DNA of 64,000 bases from Dimorphilus gyrociliatus (GCA_904063045.1 CAJFCJ010000005.1:2309988-2373987), one strand, 5' to 3'; shown: positions 11,501 through 24,256, counted from the stretch's first letter. Numbers and translations: made by a program. Notes: a model not told the origin generated them from the letters alone.

Positions 11501-14500
11501 CAGATAAAATTTGTCCGGATGATTCAATGCTGACCGAATAAGTTCCAACAATTGTGGGTACGAATTGGCCGAGGAAAGAGTTGCCATGCTTATCAACAGA
11601 ACCCCATTGCTCGATACCTCTTGGATCGACTACTTTGACCTTGATATACGATTGGGAAGAAAATAACGATGGGTCTATATTGAAGCTAGCAACTTTTGAA
11701 ACGGGTACTAGGTTAACATTATTCCAGTTTGAGGCAACAACCGATTCTTCTCCAATTTGACAAAGGAAAGGTGAACCTACGACTGGCTCGTTGTTGAAAG
11801 TTATAACAATTGAATGAGGCGTATTGTCGCGGGGTATAAATGTGACTTCGTAAATAGCTTCTCCTTTGTCTTCTATTTCCGTTATGGCTCGAGATTGATT
11901 CTCTGATCTTACATCAACCGTCATTGTACCTTCTCCCGCCGCCTGACAATTAACATGAAAGGCAGTTGGCTTTCCGACAACACCCGGTCCTATAGAGCCT
12001 ACTTTTACTTCTCGAACGTCGTATATTTCAGGGTAGAAAGGACATTCGGGTATTGCTACATCGTTAACTTTAATCTCGACAACGTGACGTCCAACTACCT
12101 TTGGAACGTATTCAACTAGAAAACCGTTCGTCACTTGTTTATAAGAAAGCGAATGTAACTTCTTTCCATCAGGCGAAATAATCTCGCAATCGATTTTCGA
12201 TTTACGTCCATCTTTGGCTGTCGATATCTGTTTTATTTGTTTAATTATTCATTAATTAAGAAAATGATTTAAATAATAAAAATTATATGTAAATTCGAAA
12301 ATTACCACAAAGGATGCTGTTCGTTGGACCGCAGCAATTTTCAATCCTTCACCGTAGGCGCTAACCACACTCGAATCAGTTACTGGACAAGTTAATGGAC
12401 ATCCTTGAATAGCGTGTCCGTTAAATTTAACGCTTATTATATGATTTACAGCAATTTCTGGTGTAAATGTGACAAGAATGATACGCGTTTTCTCCACTTT
12501 AAAGTCGTTGTGAACATTCTTATCATTCGCTGTTATTTGAATCTCCAAATTACCCTTTCCAGCATTGGTAGGATCTATCTTAAAACTGGCTTCCTCCCCA
12601 ACCCTAGCCCCTTCAATTTCGCTTATAATTACTTTAGACGAATCGAACGCTTGTACAACAAACGGACAACCTTGAACAAGCATATCCGCAAATTTAGCTC
12701 TAATATCATGATTACCAACAATAATTGGAGTAAAGAATATTTTGAAGCCAACATCTCTTATCTCCTCAAGTCTTGTATGTAATTTTCGTCCTTCAGGATC
12801 TGTTATTTAATTAAAAGAAAACAAATTATGATTAACTTGTTAATTATGGAATGGGCATTACAGTGAGATGAAAATAAGGAGAGGAACGTAGTCGGATCAA
12901 TTTTAATACTATGATTTTTATCCAAAATGTTAACACTAATTAAGGACTAATTACAATGTAAATATCTAGTATATATAGATTTATTATATTATTAATTAAT
13001 TGGTCTTTCTCTTTCTCTCTCTCTCTATCTCTCTCTCTCTCGATCTTTCTCTCTATCTATCTATCTATCTATCTTTCCTTCTGTTTCTCTGTCGCTGTTA
13101 TCTTTCTCTATCTGTCGATCTTTCCCTTCCCTTTCCTCCTCTATGCTTCTTTTTCTTTCCTTCTTTCTCTCATTCATTCTCACTCAATCTCACTCACTCT
13201 CTCAGACCTTTTAAGTATCTAGATGAGTTAAAGTAAAGATTTGCTATAGGATTAGGACGGTTTAATTACTTTCTTTTTTCTATTTTATCTGGGTTAAGGC
13301 AACGTTCACAATTTGCTGGAAAGGTTAGCTTTTTAAAAAAACTGCAAGTGCAGTATATTGTATTATTTCCTCCCCATTATATAGGCCTATTGTATGGTGT
13401 TTTTTTTTTGGCTATTAGCTAAAGTATATGTACAAACCTGTAACAGCAAAGTCGAACAAATCGCTTTTGTATCCAATTGCTGGTACTTTTAGCGTCAACG
13501 ACGTCTCTTCATTACATTGTACTAGCTTATTTCCATCAATAGATAGTTTTTCGGCATCGAATACCCTAAATTTGAAAGGACTTCCGGTTATATGAACCGA
13601 ATTAAACGTTACAGATGCTTCGTGAATATCTCCAATATCTGGTGTGAATAGAACTTCAAACTTTTGCAAATCCAGATTTTGTACTATATTTTTGATATTT
13701 CTTCCCTGAACTCCAATTGATATTTGTATGTTTCCTTCTCCAGCGCCTGCAGCATTAACTACAAAGAAAAAAGATGTGAAGCAGTAAAATAGGAAATATA
13801 TAAAGGACCATTTTCTTATTACCTATAAAGGAACTTTTCTTTCCAACATAACAATCATTTATTTCGGAAACGGTGATCTTAGAAGCGTCACTGCACCTGG
13901 CCACAAAAGGGCTTCTACGTAGTTCAACACCGCCATATATTATTGATATATGATATTTTCCAACAGTAAAAGGTGTATAAGTAACTTCAAATCCGGCACT
14001 GATGGATCCAGTTAGTTTGTAAGGCAACTGAGTATCATCGGGAGCTGGAAGGTATTAGGGGAAAAAAACAAAGCATAGCCTACTTTTTCCTTTCTAATTA
14101 TAAAAAAAAACATAAAGAAAATAGTAACAAGAGCAGAAAAGTAGATAGAATAAAATGGAAAGAGAAATGACTTTGTTAAGTAAGATAAGAAAAAGTTGAT
14201 AATATAGGATTTTAATGAGGTAAAATAGCATGAAAAAAGTTGAAAATTTTTTTGTTTTTTTAAAAAAAAACAAAAAATATAAATAAAAATATAATAATTT
14301 TCTTATTACCGGTTACTGTTACGGATAAATCTGCTTCGCCTGCAGCTGATGCATCGATTTGAAACGTGCTTGGGCTGTTCACTGTGCAATTCGACAATCC
14401 TTCGCCCCTAGCCGATACTCTATTCGTATCTATAACGGGTATGTAGACGGGACACCTGGGAACTCTTTCATCGTTAAAGGTCATATCGATCATATGGGGA

Positions 14501-16448
14501 ACAGGAGATTTCGGTACAAATGTCATAATGTAGACATGATTTTGATCTTCGGAAGCTTTTCTAATAGTGTTCGGCACTTGACCGCCGTTGACCGAAATCG
14601 CCAAATTACCATTACCGGCCGAAGAGACGTCTATGCTGATATCAACAGGCTTACCAACAACTGCCTGGGAAGGTTCACTAAAGTTTATTAGCGAGGTATC
14701 ATAAGCTGAACATTTGAATGGTGAATTAGGGATGGGCGATCCTTCAAAATTAACGTCAATAGTATGTATTCCAGTATCCAGCGGAGTGTAAGTTAGCCGG
14801 AAAACCCCAGCTCCCAAAGGCGTTACTTGAACTGGTAAACTTCTCTTATTAGGAGAGATAACGTTTGCCGAAATAACTCCCTCGTTATTTGTACCACAAT
14901 TGACATCGAACGATGTTGGAAATTGGCAAGGTATAGGGCCAGTTAGGCCTATGCCGAATGCTTGAACTAAAGCAGCAGACTTTATCTCGATAGTCCACGG
15001 GCTAGCGGGCAGCTCTATTCCATTAAACTTCATACGAATGTGATGCAATCCCGGATTTATAGGAACAAAGACAGCATGGAATTGTTTGTTACCCACATCC
15101 TGGGCAGCGCACTTTATTTGCCCATCGTTTACCATTATCTCTAAATTGCCTGAACCGGCTCTGGAGGCGTCTATATCGAATTCAACTGGACGTCCAACTG
15201 CACTCGATGCACTTAGATTGCTAAGAGTAATGGACCGTGGATCGAAAGCTTGAGAACGAAATGGACTCCCACCAACAGGTCGGCCCATGAAGGCAACGTC
15301 AATAAGATGTTCACCTATTCCACGGAGAGAGAAGTGATAAAATATAATTGTGACTAATTTCGCTAGGAGAAACATTCATTAAATTATCATACGAACCAAC
15401 TTGCTTCGGTATATATTCCACTCTATAGTATCCCGCAGGTTGGGGTTGGATCTTTGATGGTAAGGTAATTCCGTTTGGAGCTGTGTTAAAGGATGTCAAT
15501 ATTAACTTCTCTTTCATGTGTGTAAAAAAAACTTAAAATGAATTAGGAAAAGACTGTTAAAAGAAAAAGAGAATACAAAGAATATTCGTAGTGGAAAGGA
15601 AGATAGATAAAGAGAAAGAGAAAATGGGTTAGTACTCAGTCAAATAAGTTGAAAAGTAAACAATGTTTTTTTTATGCTCGACTTATAAATTGAATTAAGG
15701 TGAGATTTTCTTATTTGTTTTCTTTTATATATCTATATATCTATATATATACTAATATATATTTACCTGTAATTTCTACAGATAAGTCGGAAAGTTTGGC
15801 TCCTGGTGTATCGGCGTGAATGAGAAAATTTGCGTATTGACCAACCATACATGTTGTTATGCCTTCGCCTGATACTTCGATTTTTGAAGCGTCAACAATC
15901 TCGACAGTAAATGGAGAGCCAGGTACGCGAATGTTAGCGAAGAGTACTTGTATAGAGTATCTTCCAGCTCCTGAGGGCGTAAAAGTTATTTTATAGATGC
16001 CTGGAGATTCTTTATCCACAAAAACCGGTACTGGTACTCCTTCGTGACTGATTTCCACAGAGAGGCTACCCTCTCCTGCTCCTGTACAATCGGCCGAAAA
16101 TGATAAACTTTTTCCAGCGACCCCGCCCTCTAAACCTCCTATCTTCACTTTAGCGGCGTCATATACCCTGACGCTAAACGGCGACCCTTCAATGTCTACT
16201 CCATCGTAAAGAATGGACACAAGCCAATCGCCAACCTCCGTTGGCTGAAAGTTAGCCGTAAACATTCCATCTTCTTCACGAACTGTTGTCTCTGTTATTC
16301 TTCCGGAAGGTGCTCTAGCCTTAACTCGAATATCTCCTTTTCTATCTAAAGTAGAGTCTATTTGAAAAGATGGAAAGGCATTTTGCAGTGTAGTAGAAGC
16401 GGTTTGATTAGTCGGCGATGACCACTGCATAGTTGCTGCTGCCGACAT
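8539..16448 (-). CDS. jbug: Jitterbug/FLN-2-type filamin rod, 10 exons, about 1969 aa, roughly 20 filamin Ig repeats, no CH domain seen
   Basis: Exons 16448-15767, 15480-15397, 15314-14310, 14044-13823, 13758-13438, 12799-12306, 12227-11231, 11136-10981, 10550-10183 and 10119-8539 sum to 5910 nt with consistent phases. Repeats carry GAGxGxL, YxPxxxGxY and GSPF signatures. The C-terminus GILATFLSRFLVDTTGAGAGELLVRVRGPKGAF matches the jitterbug type as I recall it. Confidence 0.88.
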
Positions 16449-16909
16449 TTTCAACAGGCGTGGTTTAGAATGACTAAATAACGTTGGGAAGGTCTACAAG
16501 ATTATATTGCAGAGCCGCGACACGGTCCATTGAATTTTGTTCAATATTAAATTCGATTATAAAAAAGTACAGGTCCTTTTTAGGCCTATTTTTCTTAAAT
16601 ACCTACAAATACTGTTTAAGTGTGTGTGTGTGTGTGTGTATGTACGTAATAATACCTTTGTTTATCTATGAGACAATGGCTAAATTGAACAGCTAATTTT
16701 CAAGAAAGAATAAACGATTGTAGTGTATTACAACAACATCGCCAAAAAAAAACGCTCTACGGTATTATATGGCGTCTAAGCACCAAATAAAAGCTCTATA
16801 TATATAAGAATATTTTTCTTTTTTTTTCATCTTTTTTTTTAATAAAAAAAAATTTGGTGAAAAATTTTTTTTCTTTCATCTTGCTACTTTCATGAAAAAT
16901 ATTTTATCT

Positions 16910-19900
16910 TTAAACCATTCCATCATCTTCCTCTGCCTTAGACTCTTGTGGAGCAGATTCGGCTGCAGGCGTTTCCTCGGTTTTTGGCGCTTCTTCAGTA
17001 GCCGGGGCTTGTTCTTCCTTCGTTTCTTCGGATTCTGGTGCTGGCTCTTCTTCTTTCTTTTCTTCAGTTTCTGCTGTTGGTTCTTCTTCTTTCTTCTCTT
17101 CAGTTTCTGGTGTTGGTTCTTCTTCTTTCTTTTCTTCAGTTTCTGGTGTTGGTTCTTCTTCTTTCTTTTCTTCAGTTTCTGGTGTTGGTTCCTCTTCTTT
17201 CTTTTCTTCAGTTTCTGGTTCTTGTTCGCCTGCTACTGGAGCTTCCTCTGTTTTATCACCTTCAGCAGGTTCTTCTTTTTGTTCGCCTTCAGCTGGTGTT
17301 TCGTCTTGCTTTTCTTCACTTTCTTCCTTCTTCTCCTCAGCTGGAGCATCCTCTGGTTGTTCTTCTGGTTTTTCTTCTGGCTTTTCTTCTTCAGTTGGAG
17401 CCTGTTCTTCAGCCGGAGCTTGTTCACTTTCGACAATCGGTTCAGCTGGCTTCTCTTCAGAAGCCTCTTCCTTAGCTTCTTCCTCTGCTGGTTTTTCTTC
17501 CGATGCTTGTTCTGCTTCTTCTTTGGGGGCTTCCTGATCTGCTTCTACGGCGGCTGCCTCCTCTTCAGTTGGTTTTTCAGTAGAGTCACCTTCTTTTTGA
17601 GCATCTTCTGAAGTTTGTTCAGGTGTAGCCTCTTCGGTTGCGGCGGTTTCCGGTTGCTGAAAATAATGAATTAAGAAAAAGAATTAAAATTAATTTGGTA
17701 TTCATTACCACAACTTCCTCAGAAGTTTCTTGAGTTTCGTTTTTTTGTTGCCCTTTCATTTCCTTAACTTGTTTTCTAGCCATCATACCGTGGAATCCAG
17801 CCTGGATTTTCAAGGCTGCCTTCTCAGTTTCAGGATCTTCAAGATCGATATCAATTTCCTCTTCTTCTGGTTTTTGTTGCTCTTCCGTTTGTTCAGCATC
17901 CTTATTTGCTGCTGCATCCTTCATAGACGCAACCTTCTTTCTAGCTAAATGTCCTCTCATGCCAGACTAAATTTCGGATAAAGAAAATCGAGATTTATTA
18001 CAAACATAACCGATTTGAAAGATAAACTTAAAATATTACTTGGATTTTTGTAGCTGCATCAACTTGTGCGGGGTCGTTAGGATCAAATCGAGCCATTCCA
18101 TCATCAGTGGTCTCCTCTTTAGCCGCTTCTTCAACTTGTTCTTCACCAACACGACCATCTTGATTAGACTCCTATATTATAATTAAACAGGAGGGAGAGG
18201 GAGAAAAAAAATCGAAATTATACTATTTGTATGTAAATTAAATAATATATAAAGCAAATTTGTTTCTTTTTTTGTTTTGTAGTTTGTCATTAAGCGGGGG
18301 GACGGTAACAATAAAATGAAAATTGTTTGTAATGATCAAAAATAAAGAAAAAACAAAAAACTAATTAGAATAAAAAAAATCTATAAAAATAAAACAAAAT
18401 ACAAGAACTGAAGGATAATTAAAAAGCTTTTAAAAATTATATATATATATATAATCTATATATAGATATATAATCTATATATATATATATAATCTATATA
18501 TATATATATATATATAAATTTATATATATACATATATAAGTGAAATAAAGTTCATGCCTTGTCTAATTAAAAAAAAAGTCTATTAAAGAGATGCGCCCAA
18601 AATCGATTACATGTCGCTGTCGTGAAAGAGGGAAAAAGAAAGGGGAGAAATGGTAAAGAGAGTAAAGAGAGTGAAAAAAGGCAGGGAGAGAGAGAAAGCA
18701 AGAGCGAGTTTGTATGTGAGTGAGAGGGGAAAATAGTATGAGGAAGAATAGCGTTTTAATTTCTCCACTGTAGGAATTTTGATTTGCAAAAATAACAAGG
18801 TTGAAATAAGAATAGTTTGAGAAAAGGAATACAATATATAATGCAGATGTCGTTGTCTCAGGTTATCTATTTCTCTCTCAATTAAGGAGTGAGTTTTCTT
18901 TCTTTGTAACTACTAAATGCAGCTTCCCTTTCCCCATCCCATCAAATTAACAGGATCGGTTGTTGTTTTCTACCTTTAAAGATTTCATCTCCTTTCGTGC
19001 TAAAAATCCTTTATAACTCGCTTGGATCTTAATAGCAGCTTTTTCCGTTTCCGGATCGTCCAGGTCTATATCGATTTCCTCGGCTTCTTCTACTTTTTCC
19101 TTCTTTTCTGCATCATCAGCTACGTCTGATTGTTTTTGTTCAACATCTTCATGATGTTTTTCGGCATTTTGCTGTTTACAATATCGACTTTCATACAATT
19201 TTTGTGCAGAGAGAAGTGTTACAAACAAGTATATGGATAATAATGGTGAAAATGGAAGGGCTGATGAAAGAGAAGGGGGAACAAAAACAAAATGTATGCA
19301 TAAATGGGAAATAGCATAAAAAGAGGATAAATACGAGAAGAACAATATAATCATTTATTCGTTTAGGAATTGGGCCAGAAAGAATAGAATAAAGAATACA
19401 ATGTTTACACGTAAAAGATAGTTTCGATGTATCGAACGGATGGATTTATAGTTAGGACCTGATACGAGAGAAAGCCATTTAGGCAAAAGGGTCGATTATA
19501 TTAACGAAACTCGCCTAGGGAACAGAATAAAGAGTCGGTTCCCCGCTGGAATTTCGACCATAGAATAGTCCTTAGTCAAACGATAAAAAAAAGGACGACA
19601 AAGTTCCTTTTAAAAATTGTTTGCCTTTTTTTTTTAAATAAAACAAAGCAAACTCAAAAAATAAAAACTAATAGACATACAACAACTTTGAGTATTGATT
19701 GTTTTTTATATATATATACTGTATATACTATATAGTATATAAACTAATCAATAAGGTCTAGAGAGAAGAAACACATCTAATTTAAATACCTTTTATATCT
19801 CTTTTATTTTGCCTCAAAACCCATTCCAGTTGGAGAAATATATAAATATCTATTTATATATATATTACACAAATATTACAACTTAAACATAGTTCTTTGT

Positions 19901-22900
19901 TTCTTTTAGCGTTGTTTAAGCATTGCGGAAAAAAAGTAATAGTTTGTTTTTAATGTAAAAAATATATAGTTCTCTTTTACAAAATGGAAAACGGTATGAT
20001 ATTTAGAGAGAGAGAGAGAGAGAGAGACGTAGATGGAGGGGCCATTCAGAAATATAAGGAAGAGATAATCGTAAAAGTAGGAGGAAGTGGAGGACAGTTA
20101 TTGATTGTTTATTAATAATACTATTGTTATTATTCAAATTTCATTGATTGATTGATTGGTTGATTGATTGATTTGATTGATTTATAGTTTGTTTATTTGT
20201 TCTTCATTGTTTTTATTCGTTTTCTTGTCTAAATACAGTCTGGAAGAAGATAAAGTTTTCCTTTTTTTTTCTTTTATATGAAGATAAAACGTACAGAAGA
20301 GAAGAGGAAAAAAGAGTAAGCTGTGTGTGATCATGCATAACTACGAGATCCCGTGTAAACGACTGATGCTATTTTACTTCTTAGCACTACTATTTTCTCC
20401 TTGTTCGGTTTTCTTAACGGCATTATCACTCTTCTTTGCTCCGCCTTTAAAACCTCTAAATTTCGATTGAATCTTTAGAGCAGCTTTCTCAACTTCTGGA
20501 TCCTTTAAATCAATATCAATTTCTTCTTCGACCGCTCCTACTTTGTCCGTATCCGATTTTTTACCTGCTTCCGCCATTCCTTTTTTGTTTGTATAGAGAA
20601 AAACGAATAGTATCGATTCAACAAATAAATCTAAACGCAATTTTACCCAATTTAAGTTTTAGAAAGGGAAAAAAGCGTCTCCTTTTCCTAATACACTAAA
20701 ACGACTTTTAATTTTGTACCTTATCTCTCCGTACACGTACGCGATTATGCACTAAAGTCAATAAATCATCGGATAAGTCGCACGCAAATCAATTAGAACG
20801 GAAACGAACTAGAAACGCTGGCTATTCAGCCAATATAATTAAAAATCTGCAACGTATTGAATAAAAAACCAAGCTATAAACCCTATTCCTGCCAATAATC
20901 TAATGTACATCAAAGAAAACTGTCAAATTATTTCACTATGAACAATATCCTATATAATTAATACAATTATGGGTAGCAATAGCACAAAAAATCTGTAGTA
21001 AGGCGGCAAGGGCCAATGTAAAGAGTGACGGGAGCGATTTAAGCTACAAACAGTCGCTCAGCTTGGTTGCTGTGACCTAAAGCTAAAATGACGAACCTCT
21101 AAGCAACTAGCGACATTTGTCGATCGTGTTCGCTAATTAGAAATGATCAATAAGTGGCATTAGTCGTGGCGGGCGATCGCTTAGTAATATAAGCCTTTAA
21201 ATACACCTTTTTATACTGAAAAGGCGTCTGATCGATCGAAAAAGAATTTCCCTATTACGAATACCAGTACAGTAGAAATAGAGAGCGTAGCATCTGCATA
21301 TATATATATATATATATATACAGTATATATATTTTTTTTTAAAAGAAACGCTCTCGGCGAACTCATTGCTAAGGGACAAGGACGATAAACTATATATATT
21401 TAGAAAGAAGGAAGAGTATTGAATCGATTGGTTTTTTAGAAAATTCTCAAAAGCTTTTCAATAATGCAAGTTGCCATTTTTATTAAAATCGTTACAATTT
21501 CTCTCTGAAATTGCTATTGGCAATATAAGTGAACCTTTAAAATCAATTTTTTGTACCATCTTATCCGCAACGCCGCTCAATAAAACCGCCTTAATCAATT
21601 TTCACATAATAAAACATTTAGAAAGAAAACAACTCTAGTTGTGCAAGTTGGTATGCTGGGGAAAAAAGAGACAGGGTTCTTTCCGTGCTCGTCGAGGATA
21701 AAGGGAATGAATAGATGAGAGAAGGAGAAGGAAAAACCGGTAGTAAAGCGCATCAATCAATTCCTACTCCGAATTATTCCTATTGCTCATAAATAACATT
21801 TGCGTTTTCTCTCTTTCAATCTCGCTTGTTCCTTTTCGACTTTTCGCCTTTTCGACTTTTCACCCATTTCTCTTAATATGGATTTAATAATGCAAAAATT
21901 GTGCTGGCGAACAAACATACAAACTAGTCTCTAGGATAAGCCGATTAAATTTATTTCTAAGATATATTAGGGACTTGAAAACGGGCAGGCAAGTTGAAAG
22001 AGAAAGGGAAAAGAGAGAGAGAGAATGAGAGAGATAGACAGACAGAGAGACTGACAGAGAGGTATTGGGGAAAAACGGATGTAAAATTGGTTAAAGAAAA
22101 AAGAATTTACATAGCTTAGGAAAAGGAATATGTAAATTAACCATTTCGATCATCCCGATCATCTTTATTTATTTTTACGCTCGACGCCGCCTCTTCATAT
22201 TAATGCATAAGTAATAATTTGAATAATGCTAGACGTTCATTACATTGATTGAGTTCTGTCGTTAAGCCTCTTGCGTCTAGTTACGGCATAAACTTAACAA
22301 TTTTTTTAATCTATAAAATCCCCAATATAGACATAAAAAAGAGGGGGTGGGAAAAGGAAAGAAAGAAAGAAAGAGACAGAGATACAGAGAGGGGAAAAGA
22401 GAAAGAGAGAGTGACAGAGAGAGAGAGAGAGAAATAGGAGAGAAAATTGAAATAATGGACAAAAGGTAAGAAATGTTAGGCGTTTTCGCTTCAAAAGTTA
22501 ATGAAAAACAAACCTGCGTACGTGTACAGAGTCAATAAACTGCCTAAATATCTATTAAATACGTCTAAATGTACATCGAAAATAAATTTAACTATATAAT
22601 TATTAAATGCATTATAGAAATAATGCACTAAGATAAACCTGAGAAAATTATACTTACGTATTCTGAACTATCGAATTGATAGATGAAGAGTGTGAGAGAG
22701 AGAGAAAAGGAATGCCGATAGAGCTAACAAATCACCTGTTAGACGCCGAGTAGTGAATGACGCTTAGACGTCGGTTCTGCAACCAACCAGACACAACGCT
22801 CGTAGCCGTTCTGCTTAGAACGCCACACCTACGCGCAATAGAATAAACGAGCCAAACTTTGGTATACTTTGTTTTTGTCATAACCTTTTAGACAGGAGAA

Positions 22901-24256
22901 GAGGAGAAAAGGATAGGGGATGTTTAAATATTGTACCGGCAGATGTTCTTAGCTGTTCTATTATGAAAGCTTAATTCTTTAAGAACGGACGTCTCTCTAA
23001 ATTTTTTTTGACAAAATCCGATTTTACAAACGAATAGCATTATCTTAAAGAAGTGGGAATGCATAGTTTTTTTTTGCTCTCGTTTTTTTTTCACTTGGCA
23101 AGTTATTAAAACCGGAAGCGTAAAAAGAAAATGAAAATTACAGATTTTACAAACTACCAATTATTTTACTAATTATCCATCTAACGATCGTATGTCATCA
23201 AACTGGAATGGGGAAGATGGGAGAAAGAGGCAATTTTTCGAGAGAGATAGCTTTTAGCTACGGGGGCGTTATATATATTAGTTATACAGTAATTCATTCG
23301 TGCAATCACAAGATGGCGTTTTTGTGTGATTAATTAATTGGTAAAAAGCTAACTAAATACACTGAAAGTACAAAAAGACAAAATGTTACTTAAGGGGAGG
23401 GGCTGAGGAAATTTTTTCACATAATCGTTTATGATTTTTTAATCCAATTAAAATATCAATTAGTAGGGTGAAAACAGGATGGAACCAAAAAGGGACAAAG
23501 TTAAAAAATCCACCTACCTCATCACCTTGAGCCTGTTCTTCGTCTACTTTATCCTCAGACTGGATTTTAGCTGTTTCTCCGTCAGTTGAGTCTACTGGTG
23601 CTGGAAAACAAAACATCTATTGTACGATTGGTCTCTTTCTGTGTAGTTACTATTCACCTTCTGGTTCAGTAACTGGTTCAACATCTGGTTCAGCGTCGCG
23701 TTGAGAGTTTTCCGCTGCCTTACTCTCCCTATAATAATGATTTTTAGGCAATTAGAAAGAGAGAACGAGGGATGGGAGTGACAGACGTACTAATCTCATA
23801 TATTAAAACGTACCTGAGCTCTTTAACAACCTGACGATCATGATAGCCTCTATAAGAAGACTGAATCTTCGTTGCTGCTTTTTCTTGTCGTTTAGTGTCA
23901 ACAACCTATAATAAACACATGAATAATTGTACATAGAAATACATTCTTTTTCTGAATACTAGTTATTTGTGTCCTCTCCTTTCGAACGAAGAGAAAAACA
24001 ACCAAATAAAGGTAATATCTCCTAATAGTACTCTCACATACCTTCTTAGCGTTGTATTGTCTATACGAAGTCTGTATTTTGAGCGCTGCATCTTGTTGTT
24101 GTGGATTGCTTGGATCAATATCTGGTTTCTAAAAGGATTAATGAAAACAATAAAGATAAAAATATATATTCAAAAGTTGTATTACCTGGAAAGCTTTATT
24201 ATTATATTGACGATCTTCTAAAGAGGCTGCCTGAGCAGCAGGGTCTTTTCCGGTTT
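16910..24256 (-). CDS. Shared core of a multi-IQ calmodulin-binding protein (Sp17/igloo/neuromodulin-like): 9 exons, 5 IQ motifs, Glu/Pro/Ala/Lys-rich tail
   Basis: Exons 24256-24186, 24128-24042, 23905-23814, 23728-23658, 23600-23518, 19171-18974, 18171-18040, 17966-17709 and 17656-16910 total 1739 nt, start in phase 1 and all have GT-AG junctions. IQ motifs: KIQTSYRQ, KIQSSYRG, KIQASYKG, KIQSGMRG, KIQAGFHG. Two are preceded by EEIDIDLxDPETEKAA acidic segments. Confidence 0.88.
17039..17218 (-). repeat. Coding tandem repeat, 5 x 36 bp (PETEEKKEEEPT)
   Basis: Five near-identical units CCAGAAACTGAAGAAAAGAAAGAAGAAGAACCAACA inside the last IQ-locus exon. Confidence 0.92.
18439..18538. repeat. 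(TA)n-rich compound microsatellite with repeated TAATCTATA units
   Basis: Direct inspection. Confidence 0.85.
20374..20577 (-). CDS. Intron-nested 67-aa single-IQ PEP-19/neurogranin-like peptide
   Basis: MAEAGKKSDTDKVGAVEEEIDIDLKDPEVEKAALKIQSKFRGFKGGAKK...SAKK*. It has an acidic EEIDIDL-DPE-EKAA segment plus IQ, an upstream acceptor (cgtttag, about 20634) and a downstream AATAAA on the minus strand near 20212. Confidence 0.78.
   Translation of the reverse strand: MAEAGKKSDTDKVGAVEEEIDIDLKDPEVEKAALKIQSKFRGFKGGAKKSDNAVKKTEQGENSSAKK

Noticed and set aside
13000-13236. Ser/Leu/Phe-rich ORFs at 13000, 2180, 8184, 18607, 22249-22494, 25725 and 27115
   Set aside because: They are translations of (CT)n/(GA)n/(ACAT)n microsatellites and pyrimidine tracts.
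17039-17218. 36-bp direct repeats as a CRISPR array
   Set aside because: There are no spacers, the repeats are in-frame coding, and the context is eukaryotic.
16892-17611. 239-aa Phe-rich ORF and the overlapping 17038-17475 (+) and 17233-17436 (-) ORFs
   Set aside because: These are alternative-frame or antisense shadows of the GAA-rich acidic exon. The true frame is 17656-16910, which lacks an early start codon.
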